This document shows positions 48,465 to 62,610 of a stretch of 64,000 nt of DNA, one piece after another. Below the pieces are notes generated by a model. The model did no database searches, had not been told where the DNA came from, and worked only from the letters and a program-made list of their open reading frames with translations. The stretch is from Amphiscolops sp. MND2022 (Eukaryota). A program made the position numbers and the translations under genes. The DNA is taken from contig OZ076409.1 of assembly GCA_964187785.1 (NCBI GenBank), positions 39,992,001 to 40,056,000 on the forward strand. The letters run 5' to 3'. Positions within the stretch are counted from its first letter, which is position 1; each line of letters begins with the position of its first letter.

Positions 48465-50630
48465 TGAAGGCAGTGGTAGGCTTGTGAGCAGTCGAGTTTG
48501 CAGAACAATTGTTTCCCCGCTAGGTGTTGTGCCGCATCTGAGAGGGTGCTGATGGGGTGGTTGTTGTTAATGTAGTCGTCTGAGGTGAGGGCGTTGATCT
48601 TCCGCAAGTCCACCATGAGCCTCAGTTTGCCGTTGGGTTTGCGTTGCGCAAAAATGGGGCTAGCAGATTTCGAAAATGGGAGGGTTGTGATGATCCCATA
48701 CTTATGCATCAGTGCTAGCTCTACGGTGAGGTCATCTTTGAGGTTGATGTGTACCGGTAGACTCTGTGTGTATACTGGTTTGTCGTTTTTGGGGGATAGC
48801 CAGACTTTGATTCATTCCGATGTCTAGCCGGTGGCGTGCGAAGATGTCGTTGAATTTGACTAGGATGGACTCTAGATTTTCACGATTTTCTCCCGTTATT
48901 AACGAATCATTCCATTTGAACAATGAGAGGAATTGTGATCTGGATTTTTTGTCTTGTTTGGGGTCCAGTTCTTCTAGTTTTGTAGTTGTCGTAGTTCTCG
49001 TAGAATGCGCTGCTGGATGGGTGTGTGTTCCGATTCGTCTCCGGGATCTTCGGGAGTGGGGAACTAGTTTTTTTCTTCTGTTTGTTCTGGAGAGTCGATT
49101 TGTTTTAGTGCATTTACGTACGCAACGACATCGTCATGTTCTGTGAGTAGATTGAGTGCTGCCAGGTCTACGGCTCGTATTGATTTCGTTTCCTCGGGTT
49201 TCAGTGTTTGTAGTTCGGCTAATTTAGTGTGTGGCGTTATTGTATAGCGGAAGTCTGTGATGTTCGCTATTTTTATCGCTACTCGTTTGTCTCGGGCTGT
49301 TGTTATTGCTGGAGCTACTATAAGTTTTGCATTTTCGTCAAACTGTGGTAGGGGTTGGACTGTACCCGTTATTGGGTGAACGTTACTGACAGTAATGGAC
49401 GCGTGGATGATCCGTGCGGCCTGGGCTGGGATGGTGTGTTTTTCTTCTGTCTTGATGGTGATGGGTTTGGGGTTGCGCTTTTGCATTTCATCCTTTAGGG
49501 CTAGGGTGATTTGTATTTGGGGGAAGTCTATTGTGCCTTGTGCAGTATCTAGGATTGCGGAATGTTTCCGGAGAAATGCCAGAACGATGATTGGGTAGGA
49601 TGTTGTGGTCATGATGATGAAGGTCTCTTCGAACGTGTAGCCGCCGATTTTGAATTTCATTGTGTATGTCGCGAGAGTTTTTTCGAGTTCGGTGTTGGCA
49701 TATTGTATTTTGAAAGGGGCGGAGGGGCCTTTGCAATTATGGCTGTATTGGCTTCGCTTTGTATCTTGTCTGCATCGGTTTCGCTGATGACGTTGATGTA
49801 GGCTCCCGAATCTCCTAGTGCATCGATTCTGGTGTTTTTGAAGTCAAGGGGGATGAAAAGCATTCTCCTCTTCTTTTTGAGGGTAATTGCTGACATCAAC
49901 GGAAGGTAGTCGTCGTCTTTGTCATGTTGAATGAACTCCTTTATGACATTGAGGTCATAGGACAGTTGTTGTGTGCATTCCGTTATTTCTTCGTTTTCGC
50001 GGTGGTTTTCCAGTGTTGGTAGTTTCGAGTGCTGTTTTTGGAGGTGATACTGTAGAAGCTGCCTTCTCTCGTTGTTCTCTTTCTTGTTGTGTCCATATTG
50101 TTTTATCTTCGATGCAGATGATGTTCCCTGCATCTATCGGTGTGGACGTGATGGTGACGGGTACTGTCGGGGACGATGTTGTCCTTTTTAGGATTGGTGA
50201 CGGCGGTGATGGTAAGTTTGTAATCTCTGTGGATTGGGCTTGAGGGTATGGAACCTGGAGTTCAAAAGAGAGTTTGTTCGTGTCATAAATCGTTGGTTCG
50301 TCCCAGGGATCGCATCTATAGTCTCTATCCTATATGTAGGTGCGCTCAGTTTTTGATTCTGGTAGGGGTCTCTTGAGTGTGGCGTATTTATCTGGTGACT
50401 TCGTTATCCATTGTGGTAGTGGTGTTGGATCTTCTGGGTGTCGGGCATTGTGTCTATGTATCATGCCTACATTCCAGCGGCGTTGCCAGTCCTGGGTTGG
50501 TTCCTCGTTGCATTCTGTGAGAAAATCTTCATCATATCTATTTGGGGGGGGGGGTCTTCTTTCGTGTACGGCCTTGCGTCTAGCGTTTCCCCAAAGCGGA
50601 GGCGCGGCGCTTTTAGTTTTTTGGCTGGAT
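48465..50630 (-). pseudogene. pol: Gypsy B pol 5' part (aspartic protease, N-terminal RT), truncated
   Basis: The protease motif is DALGDSGAYINVIS. RT reads ITTLPFSKSASPIFAQRKPNGKLRLMVDLRKIN...KLDCSQAYHCL and then breaks abruptly at about 48464. Confidence 0.9.
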
Positions 50631-52000
50631 TTCAACAGTGGGGATCGGTTGTTCGCTAATTTGGCTGGTGGGTATGGCGAACTCGTGTCGTTTTTCTCTA
50701 GGGTCGTTCGCCGCATTAGCCCCGTACCAGCAGTTTTCAGGTTTGTGGAGTTTTCCACAAGTTTCGCATTTAGGTTTGGGTGGTTCCTTGGTGTTGGGAA
50801 TGCCGTTTTGCGCTTTAGTTTCGTAGTAGCGATCTTTTCATAGTTTACGGCATTGGGCCTTATAGTGTCCATATTGGCCACACTGGAAACAGTTTCCTCG
50901 TTGGATTAGTTCCTTTTTTGATTCCGGAGGGGCAACGTCTACCGTGTTAAGTGGTACTAGAGTAGTTTCGTCCGGGGTGCCTAGGCCATTGAGGCGCATC
51001 TCTCTTTCGAGATGTAGGACAATATCGTTATACGGTTTGTCCTCGAAGTAGGCTCGGTTAAAAATCTTTTTGACATGGTCCGGCATTTTCGCGTATATAG
51101 CTTTGTCTATGAGTTTTTGCGCTTCCGAACCGAACGCTTCTTTAGCTGTTTTTTGTAGTGTGTCCAAAAATTCGTTTAGTTTTTGCTTGGTTGGGTCAAA
51201 ATGTAGCGAGTCCCATTCGCATCTCGTTTTGGCCGAAGATTGGAAATCTCCAAAGCGCCGTTTGAATGCCGTAATTACTTCTTCTAGATTATCTTTTTTG
51301 GCATCGTCTAAGTTGCAATATGCCTGCAGTGCATTGCCTCGTAGTAGTGAGTAAAAGTAGTTGATTTTTTGTCTTTCCGTTAGATGTGGGTACATTTTTA
51401 TGTTGTTTCGGAATAGGTCTTCGAAAAATTCGAATTTTTCGGACTTACCATCAAATACAGGTAGGGATGCAGTGAGTGCTTTTGGCATTGAAGGCGGGTG
51501 GGGTGGTGGGTGGATTTCCGGTTGGGGAGCGAATAGTATTTTGGATGTCGAGGGTCGGTCGTTGGGTGGCAGACTTTGTGGACGGTGTGATCGCGTCTTC
51601 TTTTTCCCTAGATTCGTGGAGTCATTGAGCATTCCTGTCAGCTTGTTTCAACTATTTACCGGTTTTGTTTTATGAGTAGTCGCAGTTGTTTTAGTTTTAA
51701 TCGAAGTTGAGGTTGCATTTATCGGAACGTTTTCGGACTCAGAGTCAGTTGCCTCAGAGGTTGTTATCACCGTTTGTATTCTAGTTGTTGGGACATATAG
51801 TTTTAGCATCTCCTTTTGATTTTCAGCTAGGATTTTAGTAAGATCAGACATTATCTCTTTCCTCAGGATTTTAGTAAGATCAGACATTATCTCTTTCCTC
51901 AGCGAGGATTTGATTTCCTCTAGATTTTCAGTAAATACCCTAGGAGATTTGCTCGTTACCACTACGGGGTTTAAGTTCTGGCTAGTCTCAGGCAAAGGGG
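50630..52000 (-). pseudogene. gag: Gypsy B gag
   Basis: MPKALTASLPVFDGKSEKFEFFEDLF...CFQCGQYGHYKAQC (CCHC knuckle). The N-terminal part lies inside the LTR. Confidence 0.88.
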
Positions 52001-53738
52001 TTTCAATTTCAGTGGAAACTAGTTCTTCAGCAGCTTTTTTTCTGGCTTCTAGTAGTCTTTTTCAGAAAGAGAAGGAAGTTGTTCTTTGGAAATTCTGAAT
52101 TCTTCAAAGAAAAATTGCTTTTACAAACGAAGTATAAACGTAGCTGGAAAAGTATTGATTGATTGATTTTACAAATTCGTAAGTATACATACCTTCGCAG
52201 CATCATTTGTTCCTCACCTAAAAATTCCTCGGAATCCTTAAAATCGGTTTTGTTCATCAAAAATGCTTAATCATCCTTATTATTTCAACTCTTCAATTAA
52301 TTGTTCATAATTTAAAACTCCTAGTCACGGCTCCCATACGGAGTACTCGTTGAAATCATTTTTGTTCATTAACATCATTTCCGGTTTGATCGCGGAAAAG
52401 GCGGCAAAATAAAAGTCTAGTTGAATTTTCATCGAGGAGAGCACGACGGCGTGATCAATGATTCATCTTGAGACTAATGGAAATTGTCTGTTCACAGTAA
52501 ATGAATGACAAGCAAAGTTGACAATGGAAATACCTCGGGATGATTTTGGAATAATATACTGGAGTATTCGAAAAAGCACAAACGATGCCGGAAAATGATT
52601 AACACAAATCAGGGACTGGATTAACAAATATCACGATACAATATCGTTTCTGAACTAATTTTACATGTAATGGTTAGATTTATTAGTTTAATGAACACAA
52701 CACATTGGAATAATGAATATTTGAAAAAACACCGTTTCTTCAACGGGCGAAAGCACCTCTTGCTTGGTTTTGAATATTTCCCCTGTCTCAACCTGCAGCA
52801 CGAACATTTTGGTTAATCATTAAACGGAGAAAATTCGGAGAGGTAGTATTTAGGTACTACGGTGTTTTAAGCATTCCGATACAATTCCGTATAACCTAGG
52901 GAGCGCTTTGGTGTATTAAAATAGCTTCGATCTTGCAGTTTTTCCTTAGCTGTTCTGCGTGCTTTAACATTAAGTATAACCTCGTAATTTTACAATTTGC
53001 TCCGAAAGCGCTCCGGACGTATTAAGGTTAGGTATAGCAGGCTTAGTGTCAACGGAGCTAGAACGGAGTAATAAGCTATTCTTAAATCACTCTTAGTGAC
53101 GTCACTAGAATTATTTTCACTAGCTTGAGCGCAAATATTTTGGTTTTAGCTACGACGCTATTGGTCCGTAAATTAAAAATACCCGTATTTTGCTTGTTTG
53201 AGCGACGCTGTCATTACGTTGTGAGAGCTTACTCAAATTACTTGACTGTAATTTAGGTTGGTTTTTACAGCTAATTCAACTGTCAGAAACAATTCCATTA
53301 TGCTATTTTGTGTTCTTTTCATTTTAGATTGTATGAATTCCGTTGGGATCGCGGAACTAAATAATGTTTTTGATGTTTTCCTTTCAGTGTGGAAAAGGAA
53401 AAAGATCCCAGAGTTAAGAATGTTTTCATTTTGTTGTGTAAATTTGTATGGAATTTTCAGCAGACGAAACCGGAAGTAATAAAACGGTCACGTATGAAAA
53501 CTTTATACCGGAAGTTTCGTTTTGTCTAAAAATCACTTTTGGATATTTTACGTAGCGCTTCCGTTAGAATAAAATTCCTTTTATTTTGATGTTAGTTCGT
53601 GCCACAGTTTAAGCAAGGGTAAGTAATCAGTCAAAGTTTTTACTTAATTTTGTGTGGTTCTGCCATGTCCTCGCCCTCTTGCAAATTTCGGTATTCCCCC
53701 GCAACAGGAAAAGTCCCGACCGGGAGCGGGTCGTGACA
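51644..53738 (-). mobile_element. 5' LTR (about 2.1 kb) of Gypsy element B
   Basis: The minus strand starts TGTCACGACCCGCTCCCGGTC (like 8212) and ends TGAAACA, followed by the degenerate PBS AGCTGACAGGAAT (51643-51631). Confidence 0.75.
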
Positions 53739-54033
53739 ATGATGTGAAAAGCTGGCAGAGAGACAACTAGTAATCCAGCCATGTAGTTATTCTTTGTTTT
53801 CAATAAAGGAAGTTTTTTCAAACGTTTTGTTGGTCAGGAGCATTCCTACTAACTTCCGAAAAAATTTTCGGACGGGTGTTCTAAGTTCATTTAATTCTGA
53901 GGGCCTGAGTGGAAAATATTTAATACTGTTGTTTTTGGTCATTCGTATTAGATGCGTTAACTTCACCGTCTTGGTTATTTGCAATGTCTGTGATGTTTGT
54001 TTGAGATGTAGTTGAAGCACGGTGTTTTAGAGT

Positions 54034-54161
54034 AGGGAATAATTGTCCTCTTTATCATTTCTCATTTCCTGTACCATTTTGTCAAGTTAACTAGTTTAAA
54101 CTAGTTAACTTGAGAAAATGATACAGGAAATGAGAGATCATAAAGAGGACAATTATTCCCT
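54034..54161. repeat. 128-bp near-perfect palindrome (MITE-like)
   Basis: AGGGAATAATTGTCCTCTTTAT...TTAACTAGTTT|AAACTAGTTAA...ATAAAGAGGACAATTATTCCCT is centred at 54097/54098 with only a few mismatches. Confidence 0.92.
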
Positions 54162-54214
54162 TTCACTGTGACCGGCTCAGTTTTTTAAAACTCAAACAAT
54201 CGTGCACCTTTCTT

Positions 54215-55277
54215 AACCATTCTTGCATTTAGTTCTCGTAGATTCATTCATAACTTTGTATCCGTCTCCAACTGAACAAATCAAGTTACTATGTGTTTCA
54301 AAGAAAAGGACATTACTTCGTGATTTCCCTGCTGAAGACTCCTTTTTTTCTATTTCTAGTGAGAGTAATTTCCTGCTCTAGATTTCATGTTTCTTTTGCT
54401 TCTGACACTTAGGAGAAGACACTCCGAAGAAATTGAAGTCAAACGTGTAAAGTTAGAAACCCAAAGTCGGAAAGCAACGTTAGTACAAACCAATTGATGC
54501 GATAGTGGCACAGATGAAGCCTCGCGAGCATTTAGGTTTGCCGGTTTTCAGTCTGATATCTGTTGTGTCATTGTCGCGAACGAAATGTGTCAATTTTATT
54601 TGCACTCATCTTTTTGTTGATACGGATTTTCGGTACGATGGCATTCAGTTACCTAGGGATCATGATTATGTCATTAGTACGTCTTGTTGATATCGTATTC
54701 ACTAGAGTAAGTTGATTATTTTAAAGCTGCAATTTATGTATAACATTTGAACAAACCATGATTGAATGTATATTGAAATTGTACAGGGGTATTAACTTGG
54801 GAGGGAGAAATTTTGTCACAAGAAATTTCGTCGTCAGTAATTTAGTCGTAGGATATTTCTAAGGAAATTAACATTACACACCATAAGGATACGATCAGCA
54901 AAGTAAAAGTTTTTAAAATTGTTTATTTCACCCGCTGGATGCTTCACTTTTCCTCATAATTGCTTGTCGAACACTCAGTTTCTGAACTCAGCTTTGTTGT
55001 AGTTTGTGCGTTCTGAGAATTTTCTTCGATTATATCCTGGAAAACAATTGCGTTCCCTTGATGATGGTTGCTCATGAAAGTTAACGCTTGTTTCAATTTT
55101 TCGTGAGAAAAAGAGATATCTGTAGCGTTCATTGGCCTCTATTCCATATTCAATCATGAAATAACTAACACAAAGAAGGTTTTCACAACCGATAGGGTTT
55201 AGTTACACAAGAGTTTCTCGTTCAACCACAAAATACTATTTGAAATACTCATATTGAATGTGTAAAGCAAACATGAA
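54215..55277 (+). repeat. About 1.06-kb interspersed repeat, copy 1 (unclassified)
   Basis: It is colinear with 62611-63673 from AACCATTCTTGCATTT to AAAGCAAACATGAA. Confidence 0.9.
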
Positions 55278-55279
55278 TT

Positions 55280-56720
55280 AGTGGGATGTCTGGAAAGTTT
55301 AGTAAAGGAGACTAAGGAGAGATTTCCTAAGAGCGACTGAGTCAGAAAACGGATCTGAAGTTCAACAGATCGTCGAGGGCTCTATCTTGATTGAAAAAGA
55401 CTTCCACGATATTACAAACAGAAGAGAATACAAGGTTTGTAAAGAACTGAAAGATACGAAATTGGGACAGCGCGAAACCTTAATTTAATCGAGGATCTAT
55501 CGTCGAAAGTAGATAATCTTGTCCGTCCAAATTCAGAACCTTGCGGTTCCAGGAGAAACCTAAACTCTAGGGAAGATCCACTAAAGAGAAGCACCTCTGA
55601 GATTGAAGAGATTCAAGAGGGAATCACCCAAGTCAACTACAACATGATAACAGGAACCATTAATGAACCCAAACACCAAAAACAACTCCCAGCCTCGATC
55701 CTCAAGCCTGCCGCGTCTGAATCAGAGGGATGTCGACAAAATCATCGATACATTATTGCAATTCTTGTTTACTGCAAACAGACACCGGCCTACCTCGCCT
55801 CCCAAAAGCACTCTCTACAACCATGGCAACCTTCGACGGAGAAACAGAATTCCAAACATTTCAGAAACTTCTTTCAAACAAGTTTGAAGGTCTAACCACT
55901 CTTTTCAGAACAAAAAGAGATCCAATACTTTCGTTTCCTGCTACGAGGGGTTGCTCACCAAAATTTCCGCAACATGACGCAGGTCATTAAAATCATGGAG
56001 ACGATTCGTCAAAAACCAATCAGTAGCAACAGCAAGAAGTAAGTTGGAAGGCCTCACCTTCGATCTAACGAGCCCAACCGTTCAAGACTTCTTGGAACTT
56101 CACCAAAAATGGCACAAGAAGCCTACGTGGATGACGCGCCTAAGTACATTGAAACGTCATTTATGCCAAAATGCCTGTCCACTTAGAGAGAGTACTCGAC
56201 CAAGCCCATCTGGAAACTGCAACCTTTGAAATGATCGTCCATCACCTCGAAAGGAAAATGGAATTGAATGGTCCCGTAGCTCCACAGACAACCTCGTTCA
56301 CAGGCATCAAAAACATCGCACATGCACCCAACCCGAGCCAAGAACGAACACAAAAGGTAACAGGCCCATGCTTCGGATGCGGTCACTCAGGCCACCTTGT
56401 TCGTAATTGCAGGAAAACCATCCGATGTAAGCGGTCACAAAAACCGCTCTAGCTCAGCCATAACAACTCCTTGCGAAACATGGGGCCAAAAGAGCCACCA
56501 GACTAAATTTTGTTACCCAGGTGCCAACTGGGCAAACCGCCCAACTTCATGGAAAACATCAAAAACCAATCCACACAATAATACCCCGATTGCCCCAAAC
56601 ACAGGACAAGACCCAGCCTATCCACCACAAACCGTTGTATACCAAACCAACCAACAAAAACGGATGAGACGTCGTCGCTTCCGCGATTATGCAGGCTGTA
56701 GACTCTGCATGGCGATAAGA
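55280..56720 (+). pseudogene. gag: Gypsy C: LTR 3' end, degenerate PBS and decayed gag
   Basis: The LTR end ...TACAACA (about 55644) is followed by TGATAACAGGA. Gag fragments are LPKALSTTMATFDG, AKMPVHLERVLDQAHLE, HLERKMELNG and CFGCGHSGHLVRNC. Pol is absent. Confidence 0.8.
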
Positions 56721-57169
56721 TTTTGAACACTTTTATGCCTATTAACAGCCCCCAAACAATGAACTCACAATTATCCACCCCGATAACGTCACCAGCTCAG
56801 AAGACTCTACCGAGGACTTAGCCCTTGATAACCCAATCAAATACAACCACATGGAAGAGCGCGAAAGCCCAGAACCCAAAAAAACCCGGAACCTAGTTTC
56901 CCCGGAAAAAAAACCGACAACTTACGTAGTAATCAGCCAGCTAATTGGAAAGGCGATTATGCGTATTACAACCGTGTACAGGTCAATTTACACGACTAGA
57001 CTCTCATATTGTATTCGTGATATGGTACATCTAGACTACTTACTTATCCTACTTCTCACAACTGACGTACGTCTTCCTAAAACTCAACTGAAGAGTCAAG
57101 GCAAAAGACTCAAGGCAATTTTCATCTTTTTCCTTCAAATTAATAACAAGCAGCAAAGCACAGTTACAA

Positions 57170-58780
57170 ATGCAACTACCAAAGTCTAAAGTCAATACAG
57201 TTCAATGTCTCGGAAATGAACAAAGTCATCATCACTTCATGCCTCCTTTCCCCTTGCTCTTGGGGGTTTTTGACCCAGTTTTCTCAACAGCTGGGATTCA
57301 TCTCCGCTCTTTTCGTCTCTGTTGTAAAATCCGAATCACGTCACATGACCGGTCAGGACTAAATAACAAATCCGACTCAATAAACGTCGCAGAACTGTCC
57401 GAAGGCACCGTCCTCGATGACCAACCCCCAACAATGGCAGCATCAGCAGGACAACACGAACAACCCGGCGAACCATCCAGAGCAACGTCAGCAGAAGGAG
57501 AAACACTCGAACCACCAGAACTCACAGTAGGCTGCTTAGACAGAGTACCAACGCAGAGACGCCAGTCGTCCAACAGTTCCAGGAAATATGCATCTAAGCA
57601 TGCAACTCTGCGGAACTGAAACTGGGAAAGGACACATATGACTGAACAGCCAAACTAGCAGAGGTAAGAATCCAATGCGGCGCAGACACTCCACTCAAGC
57701 AAATGTCAACATCTGCATACGTTATCTCGCGAGGAACCAGCGAATTAGAAGACAGTTCAGCCACACGAGTCAAGTGTTCCGACAGGTAAACGCCTCTGAC
57801 TGACGCATAAAACTGAGGCAATCTTTGATCGATGACACAACTTGCCGATTCCGACGTCGCACTTGCAGAGGGAAAGACCTAACTTCATTGCCCACCACTC
57901 AGCTTCTAAAGCATTCAATCGCCCACACTCCTGGTAACATGCCACATAACATGCCACGAGATCTCGGAAAAAGTCCACCGTATAAGCTTTGTCACCCTGC
58001 AAGATCAAATCAGCGGGAAAACAGCTCAGATTCGATGCGTGGCGAGAATCTATGAAGGCGGAACTATTCATAGTCTTCAAAAACTTTATCATGAACCCGT
58101 GGCAATCATGAAGGAGCTTCCGACGATTACGTTCCTTGTTACCATCCAGAGCAGGGACGAAGATAGGTTCGGTCCTAGACAGTCCACCTAAGATACAACT
58201 GACCAGGTGGTGAGCGGCTTACCAATACATTAACTCCAAACGTCGATCTTTGGTAACTCCGACAGTTTCTTGACTTTGCCGAGCAAGATACAAAAAAAGA
58301 AGCAAAACTCCGCATAGTTCTTGCAGCTGAAGTTAGAGATCTCAGGCACAAACTGTTTTTCGAAATTAGCTTGGAACCAGACAACTATGACATGTAACAC
58401 ACACAAACGAGGCAATATACGAACATCAGCCAAGACCATCTGGCTTAAGTCAATTGGAGCCTCACTCAGGGATGTAGATGCCGATTTATTTTCGCCCAGG
58501 AACAACTTGATATCGCCCCTATGACAAATTATCTCTTCCAGCGCAGCTGCCAATGATGTAAAAGGATCATCCATGGTTGACTCATAGCTCGATGCAGACG
58601 AAGAAGCAAGTACTTCAAAGCAAGGACTTATCGAATTAGTGTCAACTTTCTCCGCCTCCTTTACATGTTCCTTCAGACATTCCGGTGTGCTTTCCGCGAC
58701 AAACATTGGCTTCGGACGTCTCTGGTCTCCACACGATACTTTCAACACAATGAACAGAGTTGCAGAACAACCCCGCAATG
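57170..58780 (-). pseudogene. Antisense accessory ORF region of Gypsy C
   Basis: It is homologous to 16735-17470 (LSCFPADLILQGD, VQSYVSFPSF) and ends in a Ser-rich tail like 16172-16735. Confidence 0.55.
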
Positions 58781-61700
58781 AAACCGTGAACTGACCAGAC
58801 GATTGAATGGTAATTTCCGTGATGGATCAGTAATCTGGGCGTCACATAGCCCTGACGATTTAGGCTCCTATAAGAAAAAGGTCCCACGGAGAACGTCATG
58901 CGAGACACAATGAATGAAAAATCGCAGTCAATCTTGATCTTTCCGTAGACTAAAACTGAAAGAAGGGTCCTTAATCCACCCTTGTACACGTCGAAAGATC
59001 CGCGGATAGAGTGTCTGCCTGACGCTCACAAGAGGTTTGGTCTTTCTCCAGGTAGCTTGAGCGCAATTGGCATTGACTGGAAGGGTAGCACTGATCTGGT
59101 TCCACAATCGTCTGAGGAACCCGTGAGATCCCCCACTCCCATTACGATACATATGCCGCAAAAGTGGATTTCATCATCTAGAGTGATGTGTATTTTCTGT
59201 AAAACGAGAGCGAACTGTATTCTAGTCAAACAGTGCAATGTGTTCATCGTGAAGTTTGATGCACAGTAGTGTAATGAGAAATTGCGGATTGTGATCATTG
59301 AGCGTAATTAGAGAAAAATGGAAACCAGTCAAGAATGTTCAACCTACAATTGACTCAATTCCGTAATGTGTGTGAAGCGTAAAATAGTCAATCTTCGACT
59401 AGAATTCACTTTTCGAGTACTTAGTATTATCATTCATTGAAAACGGGGAAAGTGATCAAAGTTTGACTGCTTTACACCAACCAAATAATACATCCTTTTG
59501 CTCTCTTATTTAACAAAACGCTTCACATGGTAATTGCAGTCGGTAGATAGTTTGACTGTTCCACAGTATTGACGTTGACTGGTGTACACTTGTTTGACTA
59601 AATTGCATAATTACATGCGTGAAGTCACAACGGTAACCATGAGAACAGAAAAGAGCAATAATGTAATATGTATATTTTATACAAAAATTTAAATATTGTG
59701 GAATGATTGATATTATTTTACGATTAGGGGTATGTTGGAAAATATACAATAAGTGTTTCTAATACAGCAATGATAACTGTGGAAAGTGTTATTCACAAGT
59801 TCATTAGACTGGGTTGGGTTTCAATTTAAAAATTTTGAATGCTTCAGAGAATCGTCAGAGAATGCCAAATCTTCGGTACATCCCTGGGAAGTGAATTCCA
59901 GTCAAAATGTGTACCAGGTTAGAAAAAACTGATGAATGCTTCAGAGTGGAAAACAGTCAAAGTTATCACTAACTTACACACGTTGTTTGTTTTTCACTTT
60001 GAAAGTGAATTCCAGTCAAAATGTGTACCAGGTTAATGTGTAAAACAATCAACTTCCGTCTTCGTGTGTGAAGTGGAAACCAGTACGTAATTGTAGAGAG
60101 TGTAAAGTAGTCATTCACTGTAGATTGATCACTACTTGTAACGCCAAATCACACAGTGTAACGAGCAAAACTCGTAACGCGTATCAGAAATAAAAACGCG
60201 TTTCTATTGGCTGTTAATCGAACTAGCAAGATCTTGCTAGTTCGTTGCGGCATATGTATCGTAATGGAAGTGCTTCCCTTAACGGTTTTAAAAACAGCTG
60301 ACTCTCTGGTGATGGACGCCAAGAACGACCAGGCTCTGATGGAAGAGGAACGAAACAGGGTTTTTCGACGATTTTATCAATTGTGTATTTCATTTGGGGC
60401 TTTACGACTGGTGGATAACGTGAAATGCTCAAATTGTCCCGTATTTTGCAGTATCGACACTTTCTTTGACAAGTGTATGCCCTGAAATCTTGATCCCTTT
60501 AACGGGTCGCTTTATAATTGGTCCAGCGAGCCGTAATTAGGCCGCGGAACGTGTTAACAGGTATTTTGCAGCCTTTTTCAACACGTTTGGTCATGGTAAT
60601 GAGTGTAGAACATCATAGAGTACACACAGTCACCAACACAGATAGAACCATCTAGAAGTTAAGAACTGTGCTAACCAGTAGAACAAACAGGAAGCCAGAA
60701 GGTAACAAACAACAATCTATCCTTACGGCGTGACAGGGAACGCTCCTTGCGCTTGGCATGACTCCGGTCAAGACGCAACGCAGTTTGGCCGTAGGCAAGT
60801 ACTTGGGACGACCTCATACACACACACACAAACCACTAAGGACATCGAACATACCAGCTGAAATCACAAACCAAGGGATACAGACACTTAATCATAGAGA
60901 TAACACGGCAAGCAAATCCAGCAGTATGCCCCTTAAAACAAAAAATCCCTTTTTACAGACAACGAACACTAACCTTTTTCCCATTCATTGTTCAGCACTG
61001 AACCCTCCAAGCCTACGGCAGGTCTGGCATGTTAGGTGCGTTCACGTCGGGTACCAAACACTGGAGAAGGACTAGCTGCCAGAGTTCTTGTCAAATCATC
61101 GATAACCGGGGTGGCTATGACGTTACCATCAGAACTCTGACCCAAATCAGTAAACAATGTCTTTCTTATAAGGGCAGGGGAAACGCCTAAAACATGACAA
61201 GCACACTCAATACTATGACTCCCAAACTATACCCGATCACCATAAAACGAATGATTAGAATGATTTACTGGAAGGCCCAGGAACGGCCTCAGGACTGGGC
61301 CCACTCTGCGCCAATGAGCGAGAACGCTTGGCTTCAACCTCCTCACGTGCGGAACTCAAACACTTGCTCCGACGAACACTCTTAGTGGCAGTGCGCGCCT
61401 TCGACTGGATATCCACCTCACCTGGATCATTATTGAGCCCTACAGTATTAATGATAGTGGAAGAATCGACGCTTCTGGGTGCTAGAAACAACAATTGTTA
61501 ACTGTCTATCAGCAAGCAGCAAAAGAAATTTCCTTGGAAACCGCCGAGATAGTCCAAAGAGTGTCGGGTATCACTCCCAGATGAATGAAGGGAATCATCA
61601 TCACTGGCATCATCATCGGTTGCTACATCGTCATCCTCATCGCTCGCTGTCATAATGTTTAATCTCACCAAATCCAGCAACAGGACGAGATTGCCCTGGG

Positions 61701-62610
61701 GTAGAACTTGTCTGCTGATCTGTCACGCGCCTATTTCGTCCTCTTCTGTAATTAAATTACCAACGGAACATCCGCTGGGCCCTCTTCTCCACTTGATGCG
61801 TCTTTCTCAACATTTTCTGCTCATATGACTCAACTTTGCTCTCTTTCCCAACTGACTCCACTTCACAGACTTCTCTCCTTCCCAAAGCTTCGACATCCCT
61901 CTCTATCACTCCAATCGGTTGAGATCAAACAAAGCGAGCAGTATCTTCGTCAGTCGAATCTGCCATCCTTTAAGCAAAACAATCTGAAAACGCCATTCAA
62001 TAATACCAAAAAAGAAGACATGGCGTAAAACCAATGAAATTACTAATATCGAAAATTCATAATATGACGTAATGGAAGTCATTCAGTCTGCCAACTGAAA
62101 ACTGTTTCAAGCGGCGTGAACAAGAACAAAAGAATAGGAACCACCACTTGAACGCTCAGATATTCCTTAAGCAGTCGCCTAACGCGATACAACTATTATT
62201 ATTCACACTTTTGAGCTTAAAGAAAGATTGCTGTCACCAGAATTCAATTCATCCAACAATTGTTTTGTATTGGACCGCGACTAAGAAGACGCGTACTGAC
62301 AATGACCTCAGGCGTTATCAACGCCGAAGAATAAAAATGAAGTGAAACAACCAAGAATTGAGAACCTTTACGAAATCCTCGAAACGACGACGGGCATATT
62401 GTGCTATTTCATAAAGTAGCAAATGAATCGCTACTACGTACGGCACAAGACGACCAACCGACTATTCGACGATTTACCATACACAACCCTATGATTCCAG
62501 ACGACGCGTTCATGAGCCCGCCCCGAAATTATGAGCAGATGGACAGTTGGATATTCGGGTCCGATAACGGAACAATCAACCCCATTTCGAGCTAACAGTC
62601 AACCTTTGTC

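Noticed and set aside
51829..51901. 36-bp in-frame duplication (LRKEIMSDLTKI x2) in Gypsy B gag
   Set aside because: It is real but most simply a local slippage event in a dead element.
62100..62600. Retroviral env-like tail
   Set aside because: There is only a short hydrophobic patch, with no furin site, fusion peptide or ectodomain visible.
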